Positions 32,301 to 40,976 of a DNA stretch of 64,000 nucleotides are shown one piece after another; the stretch's first letter is position 1; each line of letters begins with the position of its first letter. This DNA is from a virus. Taxonomy: Duplodnaviria; Heunggongvirae; Uroviricota; Caudoviricetes. The stretch lies in the IMG/VR virus record IMGVR_UViG_3300028832_000003, positions 64,001-128,000 of that record; one strand, 5' to 3'. The notes under the pieces were generated by a model. The model worked only from the letters and a program-made list of their open reading frames with translations. It made no database searches and had not been told where the DNA came from. The position numbers were made by a program, and so were the translations under genes.

Positions 32301-33813
32301 ATGCGTTACGGTGAGCAACAGCCTTTCGCAATCTGTTCTTTACCTCGGTGTTGGCATCTCAGCGTCCACCGATTTTCCACTCTTATTGCCTGCATATTTC
32401 TATGCAGCGGAGCCATCTAAATAGGATTTTACTAATTCATATTTTCTATATAAAAAAAGAGCATTTTGATCATGATATAAATGATTGACAAGTTTTTTCA
32501 TACTATCAATATTAGTACATATTAATCTATGTTTTTTGTCATGCTCTTTGTAAATTGATGTTTTAATATCAAATGTCTGTAAAACATTTTGAATATATAA
32601 TAAAACTTTATCTGTAGCACAAGTTATGTGCATATAACAATGATTTTTTATTTTCCAAAAACATCCGTCGCCATCTATATAACCACGAAGAAAATCAAAA
32701 AAGTATTCCTCATTCACAATAGGGAATACTTCTTTTAATGTTTTATTTGTTTCTATTCCATTCTTCATTAATCCACGAACAATTCTACTAGAATATACTC
32801 TTAAACATGCCGATTTCCCAGAATGACAAAGATTTCCACAAATTACAATTTCTTCTGGTTCTTTATAAGATATAACATTTAAACCACCAAGTTCTTCGTT
32901 TAGTCTTTCCAAAATATATTTATCTCTATATTGTAGTTCCATTCCAAATTCATGTCCTCTATTATCAGATCTGATATGAATCCATCCGTCTGCAAAAATA
33001 TAACCAAGAAAATAAGCTTTTAATGGAGTATCTATAGCGTCAAAATATGTATCATTTATTTGACGCAGTTTTGTTAACCCCATGTTATTTATTCTACCGC
33101 GTATTTGTCTTTCGGTATAACCAAGTTTATTTGCTATTTCTTTATATGTCATATCTTTGTAATGATCCTTCATAAATTGATTTTCTTCTTTTGAAAATCT
33201 AAATGCATGGAACAAATCATTTTTCTTAATATAATATCTTACTGTTGGTATGGTTATATTTAAATATTTTGCAATTTCCATTGCAGACATTTGTGGGAAG
33301 TTTTCTAAAACAAATAATTCATTTTTTGTTTTGTTTCTCATAATATTAATCCTCCTTTTTATTTTTTTGACAAAATAAAAAAGAGGTGGCGGGTAATTAT
33401 CCCGCAAATCCTCTTTAAATAAGTAATCCTATATAGTTTTATTAACCCCTCGCGGCAACAAAAAAGAAGTAGTCATACAGCATCATTGCAAATATCAATA
33501 TCTTCTGAAACAACTTCAAATGAATTCCAAGAAACTCTTCAACAAACCTATGAGGATTAGCCCTATAATAAGAAGCCCTTTCAGCAATTGTATTCATAAG
33601 CCTTTCGGTTTTGTCTTGTTGAATCTCCTTATCGGTTTTCTTTTTACTAGAAGCCCGACTTTGTCTAATTTTGGCAACCCTTTCGTTATGTCTCTTTTCT
33701 TTTTCTCCAATTTCCTCTTCAATTACTTTCGGTTCTTCAACCACTTCAATCTTTGGTTTAATCGGAGTTTGTTTCTTTTGAACATCTGGCTTATCAATTC
33801 TTTTGAAAGCCAT
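29321..33813 (-). CDS. terL: Terminase large subunit, 639 aa after splicing; exons 33813-33445, 32134-31145, 29881-29321
   Basis: Splicing restores Walker A AARG|LGKT and nuclease motif IDCNG|IGQGVAD; Walker B IVIVDE; C-terminal RKDRYSS. Confidence 0.9.
29882..31144 (-). ncRNA. Group I intron 2 of terminase (1263 nt) carrying an HNH ORF
   Basis: Exon ends ACGGU, pairing with intron GCCG; intron ACUUAU can pair with 3' exon AUAGGU (P10); terminal G at 29882; conserved core GGCAACGCAUAG...AUAUGCUGAACU. Confidence 0.85.
29944..30834 (-). CDS. Intron-encoded HNH homing endonuclease
   Basis: [17 protein letters not shown]...LEAHH...[23 protein letters not shown] repeats. Confidence 0.85.
   Translation of the reverse strand: MLLTKTVILKWNSKVCKHYINLGYQYTHIGDEFEVKVEDLTNGSTAKVVCKCEYCGNDFDIIWRSYLKLKKKTNNKDCCGKKECTTIKAQESVKMLYGVDFTRRIPGVDEKIKQTNIEKYGCENPFGNKEIQNKIKQYYIDNFGVTSNSQIKECRDKYKNTCIEKYGCENYSQTKMFRESMRGKNNPKWKGDFATTIRDGRELPEYRDWRKAVFLKDRYTCKCCGARNGNGKFVRLEAHHMFNWKDNLALRYDVHNGITLCQNCHIKFHQRYGKRNNTNIQLFWFIKCFNKDKKIC
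32135..33444 (-). ncRNA. Group I intron 1 of terminase (1310 nt) carrying a LAGLIDADG ORF
   Basis: Exon ends GGGGU, pairing with GCUCC at the end of the ORF; core CGUAACGCAUAG...AUAUAAUAUC...AUAUGCUAGACU; ends ...ACAAUCG. Confidence 0.85.
32400..33341 (-). CDS. Intron-encoded double-motif LAGLIDADG homing endonuclease with N-terminal HTH repeats
   Basis: [12 protein letters not shown] and [12 protein letters not shown] motifs; GGAGG RBS. Confidence 0.85.
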   Translation of the reverse strand: MRNKTKNELFVLENFPQMSAMEIAKYLNITIPTVRYYIKKNDLFHAFRFSKEENQFMKDHYKDMTYKEIANKLGYTERQIRGRINNMGLTKLRQINDTYFDAIDTPLKAYFLGYIFADGWIHIRSDNRGHEFGMELQYRDKYILERLNEELGGLNVISYKEPEEIVICGNLCHSGKSACLRVYSSRIVRGLMKNGIETNKTLKEVFPIVNEEYFFDFLRGYIDGDGCFWKIKNHCYMHITCATDKVLLYIQNVLQTFDIKTSIYKEHDKKHRLICTNIDSMKKLVNHLYHDQNALFLYRKYELVKSYLDGSAA

Positions 33814-34874
33814 TAGCTTTCTTCTTTTCCGAACAAAGCAGAATAGATAGCATCAGATCTGCCTTCTTCTTCAACTTCAGGTTTCGTCACCTTATACTGT
33901 TCAATATATTCGTCGTATTCTTTTGAGTATCCGTTGTCGAAACCCAATGCCCTTGCCAGATGTCCTTTAAACCATACGCGAATATATTTACCAATTCCGT
34001 CAACATCCTTAAACTCAGGAGAGGGTTCCGGAATTGGTTTTTCCTCTTCCCACTTTTCAATCAACTGACCAAAAGTAAGAGAGTCGGCTAAACCACTGCC
34101 ACTGTTTTGTCGTGGCAAAATGTTAATGGATGACAATAAGTCCTGATATGTTTTATCTAAGTCCTTGGTGTTAGCACCAGCTTTCGTTGCTTTGTTTATT
34201 TCCCACTTTTTGAAAGCCAGTCTTTCAAAGATTGTCTCTTGTGCCTTTGTATTACATTCATATCTAGACACCCAATCCTGATATTCATTTTCAAGGAACA
34301 TTAAATCTTCATTACTAAAATCAGTTCCAAATCTTTTCTTTGCAGACTTCAGAGTCTTCTGAACAATCTTAACATCCTCCGAAGAATTCATGTCCTCAGA
34401 TTCATCAATGTCGAATTCGCTGTCTGCAAATGTTTTGTTTTTATAATTTGGCAACGACTTCACCATTACAAGATACTGCTGAAATGCAGTCTCCCTAATT
34501 TTCTCATTTGTCGCATCAGCATTAAATCTTAGCTGTGCCGTGTAGTCCTTCTCTATAAATGGCAAGTCAAGCTTTTTAAATACCTCAATTGTCTTTTCTC
34601 TATTGTCTTTTCTGATTTGAGTCTTCTTATCAAAATCAGTAGCCATGTCAAGAATACATGCCTTACAAGCCATGTGTTCCAAACCACTCTTTGTCTTTTT
34701 AGAAGAGTAGAATTGCTTTGCAGACAAAAAATTTCCGCAACAAGGGCAATAGATTAAATCGAGATTGACCAGCTTGTTATAGTCTTCTGCTAGATCATTA
34801 TAGGCTCTCTTAACGCCATTAAGAGTTAAGGCTTTCAATTCTTCAGGTGTTTTTGCCTGTCTCAAATAAGCCAT
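33813..34874 (-). CDS. Zn-finger protein upstream of terL (possible terminase small subunit)
   Basis: Start MAYLRQ after AAAGGA; CPCC..CKAC; abuts terL. The longer ORF-track start overlaps a tRNA. Confidence 0.65.
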   Translation of the reverse strand: MAYLRQAKTPEELKALTLNGVKRAYNDLAEDYNKLVNLDLIYCPCCGNFLSAKQFYSSKKTKSGLEHMACKACILDMATDFDKKTQIRKDNREKTIEVFKKLDLPFIEKDYTAQLRFNADATNEKIRETAFQQYLVMVKSLPNYKNKTFADSEFDIDESEDMNSSEDVKIVQKTLKSAKKRFGTDFSNEDLMFLENEYQDWVSRYECNTKAQETIFERLAFKKWEINKATKAGANTKDLDKTYQDLLSSINILPRQNSGSGLADSLTFGQLIEKWEEEKPIPEPSPEFKDVDGIGKYIRVWFKGHLARALGFDNGYSKEYDEYIEQYKVTKPEVEEEGRSDAIYSALFGKEES

Positions 34875-35068
34875 AAAACCATTCCTTTCCATTCCAAAAA
34901 ATAAAATGTGGCTCCATTTGACACTTCCGTGAGAGGTGTGGAGCCTTCTGTTCCTAAAAATGTTCGTTTTATTAATCCTGTTGGCACGAACGAGAAAGAG
35001 CCGCAGGCGTACCGTCCTCCCTGTGTGTCGGATATACCATGTCAATTCATGGATTAATCGCCTAGAAA

Positions 35069-35141
35069 TCGGAGTGGCGAGACTCGGACTCACGACGTCT
35101 GGTTCCCAAAACCAGCGGTCTACCAACTGACCTACACCCCG
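35069..35141 (-). tRNA. tRNA-Pro(TGG)
   Basis: CGGGGTG acceptor; anticodon arm CTGGT-TT TGG GA-ACCAG; cloverleaf folds; no encoded CCA. Confidence 0.85.
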
Positions 35142-35145
35142 GAAA

Positions 35146-35216
35146 CTGGGATAATAAGAATCGGACTTATATATGTCGGTTAACAGCCGACTGTTCTGCC
35201 ATTGAACTATATCCCA
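35146..35216 (-). tRNA. tRNA-Asn(GTT)
   Basis: TGGGATA/TATCCCA acceptor; anticodon arm GTCGG-CT GTT AA-CCGAC. Confidence 0.8.
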
Positions 35217-35292
35217 ATGTGGTGGAGCAAAACCGCCCCACCGTTATTAATTCCCTTCTCATCCCGAAAAGAGTTTTTGTCTTCAAAAGAAG

Positions 35293-35318
35293 AGGAGAGG
35301 GAAGCACTCCCTCCCCCC
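35293..35318 (-). terminator. Terminator after the displaced gene remnant
   Basis: GGGGGAGGGA...TCCCTCTCC hairpin followed by TCTTCTTTT on the minus strand. Confidence 0.55.
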
Positions 35319-35332
35319 TTAAAAGATAGTTA

Positions 35333-35420
35333 CTATTTCATTCTCTTGATAAACTCATCAAACTCACGTCTCATGGATTCACTTGAAGCCTTATCCTTTA
35401 AGTCTTCAAGCATTTCGATC
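35333..35420 (-). pseudogene. Orphaned 3' end of the 36672-37046 gene; its first ~20 nt are the TnpB guide
   Basis: Translates IEMLEDLKDKASSESMRREFDEFIKRMK*, 19/28 identical to the C-terminus of the upstream gene. Confidence 0.85.
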
Positions 35421-35525
35421 TTGAACATAATGCATATTTGCATTATTCCTAGTCAATATTCCTAACGGAACAAGTTTACCTAGGCTATCCCCGCAGTTCC
35501 TGCGGTTCTTATATATCACTTAACA
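35401..35525 (-). ncRNA. TnpB omegaRNA (reRNA) scaffold plus guide
   Basis: AACCGCAGGAACTGCGGGGATAGCCT...; subterminal hairpin ATAATGCA-AATA-TGCATTAT; right end TTCAA at 35421; the 5' boundary is approximate. Confidence 0.8.
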
Positions 35526-36762
35526 ATTATTTAGTCCTTCATTTAGAATGTTAATTGCGGCATTTATATCTCTATCTAATTCATTACCGCAAATTGGACA
35601 CACCCATTTCCTTATTGCTTCATCCTTTTTACAATCTCTATGCCCGCAGATGTGACATATTTGTGATGATGGATAGTATCTGTCAATAACTTTTAGCTCT
35701 TTACCATACCACTGACATTTGTATTGTAATTGTCTTCTAAATTCATATAAAGAAACATCAGAAATCCTTTTGTTTCTTATAGTAGAGTCGGTTTCTCTTA
35801 ACGATGAAACATCTAAATCCTCAATACAAATTGTGTCATATTCACGAACGAGATTAGTTGTAAGCTTTTGTAAAAAATCCATCCTTTGGTTTGCAATATG
35901 TTTATACAGTTTTGCAAGTTTGATTCTCACTTTATTACGATTAGAACTACCAATTGTTTTTCTTGATAATTCTTTACATAATTTAGCAAGTTTCTTTTCC
36001 GATTTTTCAAAAAATTTAGGATTATCTATTTTGATACCATCGGAGTATGTCGCAAAATTTACAATTCCCAAATCTATTCCAATATTATTACCAGTTTTTG
36101 GAAATTGATTGTTTTCTATGTTTGTGCAACATAAAGAAACATAATAATGACCTATAGCATTTTGGGATACTGTAGCATGTAATATACGACCAGATGGTAC
36201 TAATTTTCCTCTAATTTTTATATTACCAAGCTTTGGTAATTGAATATGATTTTTAAGGAATTTAATATTGTTATTATTAAATTGTGTCCTATATGATTGT
36301 TTTTTGTTTTTCTTTGATTTATACTTTGGAAAACTTTGATGATTATTAAAAAATAATTCAAAGGCACGATCCAAATGTTTTAATGAATTTTGTAATGCCC
36401 ATTTATCAGGTTCTTGTAACCATATGTAATTATTTTTTAATACAGTTAATTCTCTGCTAAAATCGCAATATCTAATATTTTTATTATTTTCATTATGTTC
36501 ATTAATTTTTCTGTCAAGAAAATAATTATATACAAATCTGCAACATCCAAATGTTTTTTGAATTAATTCCTTTTGTTTTTTATTTGGATATATCCTATAT
36601 TTATAATACTTTTCCATATGCTCTCCTTTACAAAAATAGGAGAGGGCAATAAATACCCTCTCCATGAAAAATTACTTCTTCATTCTTTTTATAAATTCGT
36701 CAAATTCACGTCTCATATTTTCGTTAGTAGACCTGTCACGCAGTTCTTCTAACATACTTAAC
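35421..36762 (-). mobile_element. IS200/IS605-derived tnpB-only element carrying a recoded host-gene 3' end
   Basis: tnpB + right end TTCAA; left junction inferred after TGGAT (36767-36763); no tnpA in window. Confidence 0.7.
35520..36617 (-). CDS. tnpB: RNA-guided endonuclease TnpB
   Basis: YKYRIYPNKKQ...FGCCRFVYN (HTH); RuvC residues in GIDLG, IEDL, DRDINAAINI all intact; CHIC..CPIC Zn finger. Confidence 0.95.
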   Translation of the reverse strand: MEKYYKYRIYPNKKQKELIQKTFGCCRFVYNYFLDRKINEHNENNKNIRYCDFSRELTVLKNNYIWLQEPDKWALQNSLKHLDRAFELFFNNHQSFPKYKSKKNKKQSYRTQFNNNNIKFLKNHIQLPKLGNIKIRGKLVPSGRILHATVSQNAIGHYYVSLCCTNIENNQFPKTGNNIGIDLGIVNFATYSDGIKIDNPKFFEKSEKKLAKLCKELSRKTIGSSNRNKVRIKLAKLYKHIANQRMDFLQKLTTNLVREYDTICIEDLDVSSLRETDSTIRNKRISDVSLYEFRRQLQYKCQWYGKELKVIDRYYPSSQICHICGHRDCKKDEAIRKWVCPICGNELDRDINAAINILNEGLNNC

Positions 36763-37046
36763 ATCCAATCTGATTCACCCGAGTAACCGCCGTCGTCATA
36801 ACGACTATAGCGACCACCGTTTCTGAACGAACGACCGTCATCATATCTGGACATGCGACCGTAATAGCGGTCACCGTAACTATATCCAGACTCATTTTCA
36901 CACATCTCAATCAACTTGCAGAGGTTCTTAGCAGTATGAGCCAACATGTCAATAGTAGGAAGTTCAGAGGATTTAACCTCATTTCTCATTCCATACTCTT
37001 CAAGTTCTTCGATGATTTTCTTTTTAAGTTCATAAACACCGTGCAT
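36672..37046 (-). CDS. Hypothetical protein (RYSRYDD repeats), last gene of the Q/N/G-rich cassette
   Basis: 124 aa with GGAGG RBS; its C-terminus is duplicated beyond tnpB. Confidence 0.75.
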   Translation of the reverse strand: MHGVYELKKKIIEELEEYGMRNEVKSSELPTIDMLAHTAKNLCKLIEMCENESGYSYGDRYYGRMSRYDDGRSFRNGGRYSRYDDGGYSGESDWMLSMLEELRDRSTNENMRREFDEFIKRMKK

Positions 37047-37062
37047 ATTCCATTCCTCCTTC

Positions 37063-37518
37063 CTAAGCTATTCTTTCAACTCTAATTGACGCATTGCGTC
37101 TAACCTGAATCGAAGGGGTAGGAGTTACGGCAGCATCGTCCTCAGTTCCGTCGATATATCTTGCAGATACAGTCATGCAACATCCTCTTGGTACGGTAAT
37201 AATAACACTGGTACTAATGTGACCATATTCGCTTACCGCTTGAGGAGTGTATATTGCAATGCTTTCCGGGAGTGTTACTCCATCAAGACTGATACCTAAA
37301 GCCACTGCCGTGACTTCACCACCTTCAGGCACGAGTACGTTACCTTCTAATGAAACAACGTATCTCGCAAATCTGTTGGAAGTATTGCCTTTTAGAATAA
37401 GAACTCCAGGAGCAACGGGAACTACATTGCCGTTATTACAAGGAATAGAAACAGTATTAAAAGGTATAGTATTGTTTAATGCCACAAGAACGTCGGCATT
37501 TGTTATATATTCAGCCAT
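37063..37518 (-). CDS. Beta-rich protein, possibly C1q/BclA-C-like fold
   Basis: Beta-strand pattern, PRGCC; fold is an inference. Confidence 0.65.
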   Translation of the reverse strand: MAEYITNADVLVALNNTIPFNTVSIPCNNGNVVPVAPGVLILKGNTSNRFARYVVSLEGNVLVPEGGEVTAVALGISLDGVTLPESIAIYTPQAVSEYGHISTSVIITVPRGCCMTVSARYIDGTEDDAAVTPTPSIQVRRNASIRVERIA

Positions 37519-37534
37519 GGCAAACACCTCCTAG

Positions 37535-38425
37535 TTAGTTATAGAAGCCGTTGCCACAACCAACTGTCTGATTGCAACAATAAGGGGACTGCACAATATA
37601 AGAGGGGATGGGCCTGGGGGCTACGTATTGTTCCACCTCATTCGCCAAAGCCCTCTGTCCAGCCTGAATTGCAGCCGTCTGAACGTCCTGACTAGCCTGT
37701 CCACGAGCATACAAAATCTCGCTTCTAAGCTGTGCAATGGTGTCATTCTTTGCATCAAGCTTATCCTGATACATCTGATCCTTAATGGACTGGAGTCCAG
37801 CATTAAAGGAATTAATGATGCTCTGAGTGTTCTGAGTGTCAACGGTTCTGTTAGCACAAGCCTCACGAGCGAGGTCAGCACTAAGCCCAGCAATCGCATA
37901 TCTGTTGTCACAGCCAACCTGTGCAACTTGTGCGGTTACTCCGTTAAAACCTTGAGCCATTGCGGTCTGATTTGCAAAAGACTGTTGCATGTTAGCCATC
38001 TGTCTTGCATTCGCTGCAACCTCTGCAGCAGAAAAACCGCCATTAACCGCCTGAACAATCTGTCCAGTAGAACTACAAATGTTCTGATTAATACCAGCAA
38101 TACCAAGCTGAGTATCACCAAAACCACTTGTCACTGCACTCTGAAGTGCGGAGATAGAATTCTGAGTAGCTAAATTGTCAAAGCTACTCTGAGTGGAATT
38201 CTGGTTGTTCGCATTAGATGCAAGAAGCCATGGGAAGTCATAACCGCCCATGTAACCGCCACCAAAACCACCCATACCGCCCCAGCCGCCAAAGCCACCG
38301 AAAGCGAAGAGTACGAGAAGGATGATCCATACGTCAGATCCCCAACCGCCAAAGCCGTTACCGCCAAAGCCACCCGTAGGAGCGACTGGCATAATCATGT
38401 TGTTACCATCTGTTGTCATAACCAA
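37535..38425 (-). CDS. Gly/Asn/Gln-rich protein with one TM segment and coiled coil
   Basis: GGFGGNGFGGWG-WIILLVLFAF-GGFGGWGG; Cys-rich tail. Confidence 0.8.
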   Translation of the reverse strand: MVMTTDGNNMIMPVAPTGGFGGNGFGGWGSDVWIILLVLFAFGGFGGWGGMGGFGGGYMGGYDFPWLLASNANNQNSTQSSFDNLATQNSISALQSAVTSGFGDTQLGIAGINQNICSSTGQIVQAVNGGFSAAEVAANARQMANMQQSFANQTAMAQGFNGVTAQVAQVGCDNRYAIAGLSADLAREACANRTVDTQNTQSIINSFNAGLQSIKDQMYQDKLDAKNDTIAQLRSEILYARGQASQDVQTAAIQAGQRALANEVEQYVAPRPIPSYIVQSPYCCNQTVGCGNGFYN

Positions 38426-38513
38426 GTTGTCCTTTCTACCGTGGTAACACGGATTTAACTAGTAATATGTACTTAAATGACTCGTTGCCGGCGATGAGCC
38501 ACAAATACCAAGA

Positions 38514-38807
38514 TTAGTTCTGTCCCATGGAGTTTCTGATAGGAAGAGCGGAAGAGTTATATACTTCTTCAGCTTGTTCTTTGGTAAAAGCACCATGGTT
38601 CATCAAGTAATTTCCAATAGCTTCGGGATTGCCATTAATCCCCATCTGTTGGATTTCATCTAGCTGTTGTTTGTTTATTATTTTTCTGTCATAAAGAAAA
38701 GAACCCAACTGACTTGGGTTCTGTCTGAGCATGTTAATGTTCTGCATTATCTGTTGCATGTTCTGAAAAGGTGACATGCCACCCATTCTCTGAAAAGGAA
38801 TATTCAT
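38514..38807 (-). CDS. Gln/Met-rich hypothetical protein
   Basis: 97 aa; overlaps the upstream gene (ATGA). Confidence 0.7.
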   Translation of the reverse strand: MNIPFQRMGGMSPFQNMQQIMQNINMLRQNPSQLGSFLYDRKIINKQQLDEIQQMGINGNPEAIGNYLMNHGAFTKEQAEEVYNSSALPIRNSMGQN

Positions 38808-39259
38808 GACTTATCCCCCTTCTTGAGAAATTTATTGTCAGATGCCGTAGGCTTAAATGATATCTCGGACAATCGTCTTTCTACTTCAGTCTGAACCGCT
38901 TCAGACACAATGTCTAAAATGTCATCAACCTTGACATAATCTTTCAAATTCACTTCGGAAGGTTTTACGTCTTCTTCCGTTACGAGCCTGCATTTTTCCA
39001 ACGGAGTAATCTTTCCGTTAGCATCTCTTGATTTTCTGTAGACTCTGTTCGGATCGTCCATGTCAAGAAGAAATACTTCCTGGTTATAAGCAACTGGGTA
39101 TATGGTTGCCGCAAGTTCTCCTTGTACATAATCCACAACCTTTGGAGGGATTACCGGAGCCTGCTGTTGATAATTGCTCTGCTGATTTTGCGGAGCATAT
39201 GACTGCTGATAATTTGCAGTCGGCTGTTGATAATAAGAGTAACCTAAGCTGTTGTTCAT
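38804..39259 (-). CDS. Hypothetical protein with Q/Y-rich N-terminus
   Basis: YYQQPTANYQQSYAPQNQQSNYQQQ then VQGE..A.YPVA. Confidence 0.75.
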   Translation of the reverse strand: MNNSLGYSYYQQPTANYQQSYAPQNQQSNYQQQAPVIPPKVVDYVQGELAATIYPVAYNQEVFLLDMDDPNRVYRKSRDANGKITPLEKCRLVTEEDVKPSEVNLKDYVKVDDILDIVSEAVQTEVERRLSEISFKPTASDNKFLKKGDKS

Positions 39260-39294
39260 GATGTCATTCTCCTTATAAGATTAGTATAGTATGA

Positions 39295-39684
39295 TTAGTT
39301 GTCGGAGTCTTTCTTGTACCAGTAGCAAATTGGTGATTCCAATCTACTGTCCCAAGAATCAAAAATAGTTCCGTCCTTCACACAACACACGTGATCTCCG
39401 AAACTAAGTATGTAAGTACCTCTAAAATGTTCATTACAAAAATCTTCTGCCGTATAGCAGTCAGGACAAGTATTGTCTATTGCCCCTCTATAGAAACCAT
39501 GTTGTCGCAGTACGGCAGCCAATACTTCGTTACTGCACTCCACAGTGCCCATTTTAATCGCCGCATTGCATAACAGAACGCTTGCGGTGTCCCAGTCAAT
39601 GTCAAGAGCCTTTGACAATGCCCTCGGCATGCAGTCCTTGACAAATCTCCCCACTGGGTTGGGATTGTAAAATACATATGCCAT
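39295..39684 (-). CDS. Hypothetical protein, possible papain-like Cys/His/Asp fold
   Basis: NPNP...DCMPRAL...HVCCVKDG..FDSWDS. Confidence 0.7.
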   Translation of the reverse strand: MAYVFYNPNPVGRFVKDCMPRALSKALDIDWDTASVLLCNAAIKMGTVECSNEVLAAVLRQHGFYRGAIDNTCPDCYTAEDFCNEHFRGTYILSFGDHVCCVKDGTIFDSWDSRLESPICYWYKKDSDN

Positions 39685-39703
39685 TGCTCATCATCTCCTT
39701 TGA

Positions 39704-39913
39704 TTAGTCTAGTTGATTAGTAATAAGTAGATATTCTGGTTCCGTTAGTTCTCGCTTAAAACATTCATATCCTCGGAAAGTTTGATATCCGTCAAGTGAA
39801 TGATACTCGACTTCATAAATATCCTTTCTTTGAATATAAGTTCCGTTGTCAGTTCTCGTAAATTCCTCCGGTCGTTCTTCAAGTAATTCCAATGTCCATT
39901 CGTTTTTTGGCAT
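39704..39913 (-). CDS. Hypothetical protein
   Basis: 69 aa, AAAGGAG RBS. Confidence 0.65.
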   Translation of the reverse strand: MPKNEWTLELLEERPEEFTRTDNGTYIQRKDIYEVEYHSLDGYQTFRGYECFKRELTEPEYLLITNQLD

Positions 39914-40117
39914 TCACGTTTTCTCCTTTGCTATTTTATAAAATGGAATGGGAGAGTGATTTAAATGCAATGGCACAGCATTTACATTTAAACCATTCTC
40001 CCAGTAGGTATATTTATAAAAATAGCGTAATAATTATTTTATTTTAAAAGCGGAATTTAAACGCTGAACATTTGTTCTAATTTATCACAATTGATCAAAT
40101 CAATTATTTCAATGTGT

Positions 40118-40975
40118 TCATGTATTATATGTGCCGTAAATCACGCCATGCAAGTGGTTTCCGTTTGAAAATACTCTTGAAGGCCAGTTACCGATTGCCG
40201 CCATTGTGTTTTCGTAATATCGACCAAATTTCCAAAGATTGCCGCTTGCTTGAAAAGCGGGAGCAATTTGCGTCAATGTCGAATTGTACCCATAGAAATC
40301 CCAAAAGCCACCGTTTACAGGTGTTATATTAGGTACTAATGGGTTTAATGCTTTTAACAAATCTCTTGATATACCCCAATCAAATTCGTCACCAGTAGCG
40401 GATGATGAAGTAAATTGTAAAGCGAAATCAATCGTTGCAACACCATTGTTTAGTGTAATAGTAGCGCAACCAATTCCCGATATATGGTTATTTCCATCAT
40501 ATATCAAGCTTCCTTTTACATGGATAACTCGTGCGACACTGTTATTTGTTTGTAATTTACTGCCAAAACGAATGCCATAGACTTTGTAAAGTCTTGGTTC
40601 TTCAACATCGCTTGTCCTATTCGCAAGTGTTGTTATGTGTGAAGAATCTGAAAACTTAAAACATAAACGTCTATTTCCACTTGCAATAGAACCATTTAAT
40701 AAAAATACCCAGTTACTACTATCAGCCGTTACATAGTATTCCGCTTTATTTACAAGCATTGACATTAACTGGTTTTGTGCGTTTTCCCTTGCGTTCATAT
40801 AAGCGTATACAAGAACAGCGTCATAATTGTCGATTGAGGCTGAAAGCGTATATGCCCTTGTTACATCGCTTGTTCCGCTCGTTGGTGTAAAGTTTGTGTT
40901 CTCTAAAAGCAAGTCACAAGCGTAAAAGGCACTATTTCCAAAATATTCAATTCCGTTAAGTATCTGTTTTGCCAT
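40118..40975 (-). CDS. Putative fibre/receptor-binding protein
   Basis: ILNGIEY start, LSASIDNYDAVLVY, KVYGI motifs typical of fibre modules. Confidence 0.55.
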   Translation of the reverse strand: MAKQILNGIEYFGNSAFYACDLLLENTNFTPTSGTSDVTRAYTLSASIDNYDAVLVYAYMNARENAQNQLMSMLVNKAEYYVTADSSNWVFLLNGSIASGNRRLCFKFSDSSHITTLANRTSDVEEPRLYKVYGIRFGSKLQTNNSVARVIHVKGSLIYDGNNHISGIGCATITLNNGVATIDFALQFTSSSATGDEFDWGISRDLLKALNPLVPNITPVNGGFWDFYGYNSTLTQIAPAFQASGNLWKFGRYYENTMAAIGNWPSRVFSNGNHLHGVIYGTYNT

Positions 40976-40976
40976 G

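Noticed and set aside
34875..35126. N-terminal extension of the 437-aa ORF
   Set aside because: It overlaps tRNA-Pro; a good RBS lies at 34874.
35421..36762. IStron (group I intron-IS hybrid)
   Set aside because: Only ~145 nt lie between the junction and tnpB; they are coding sequence plus a terminator, with no ribozyme core.
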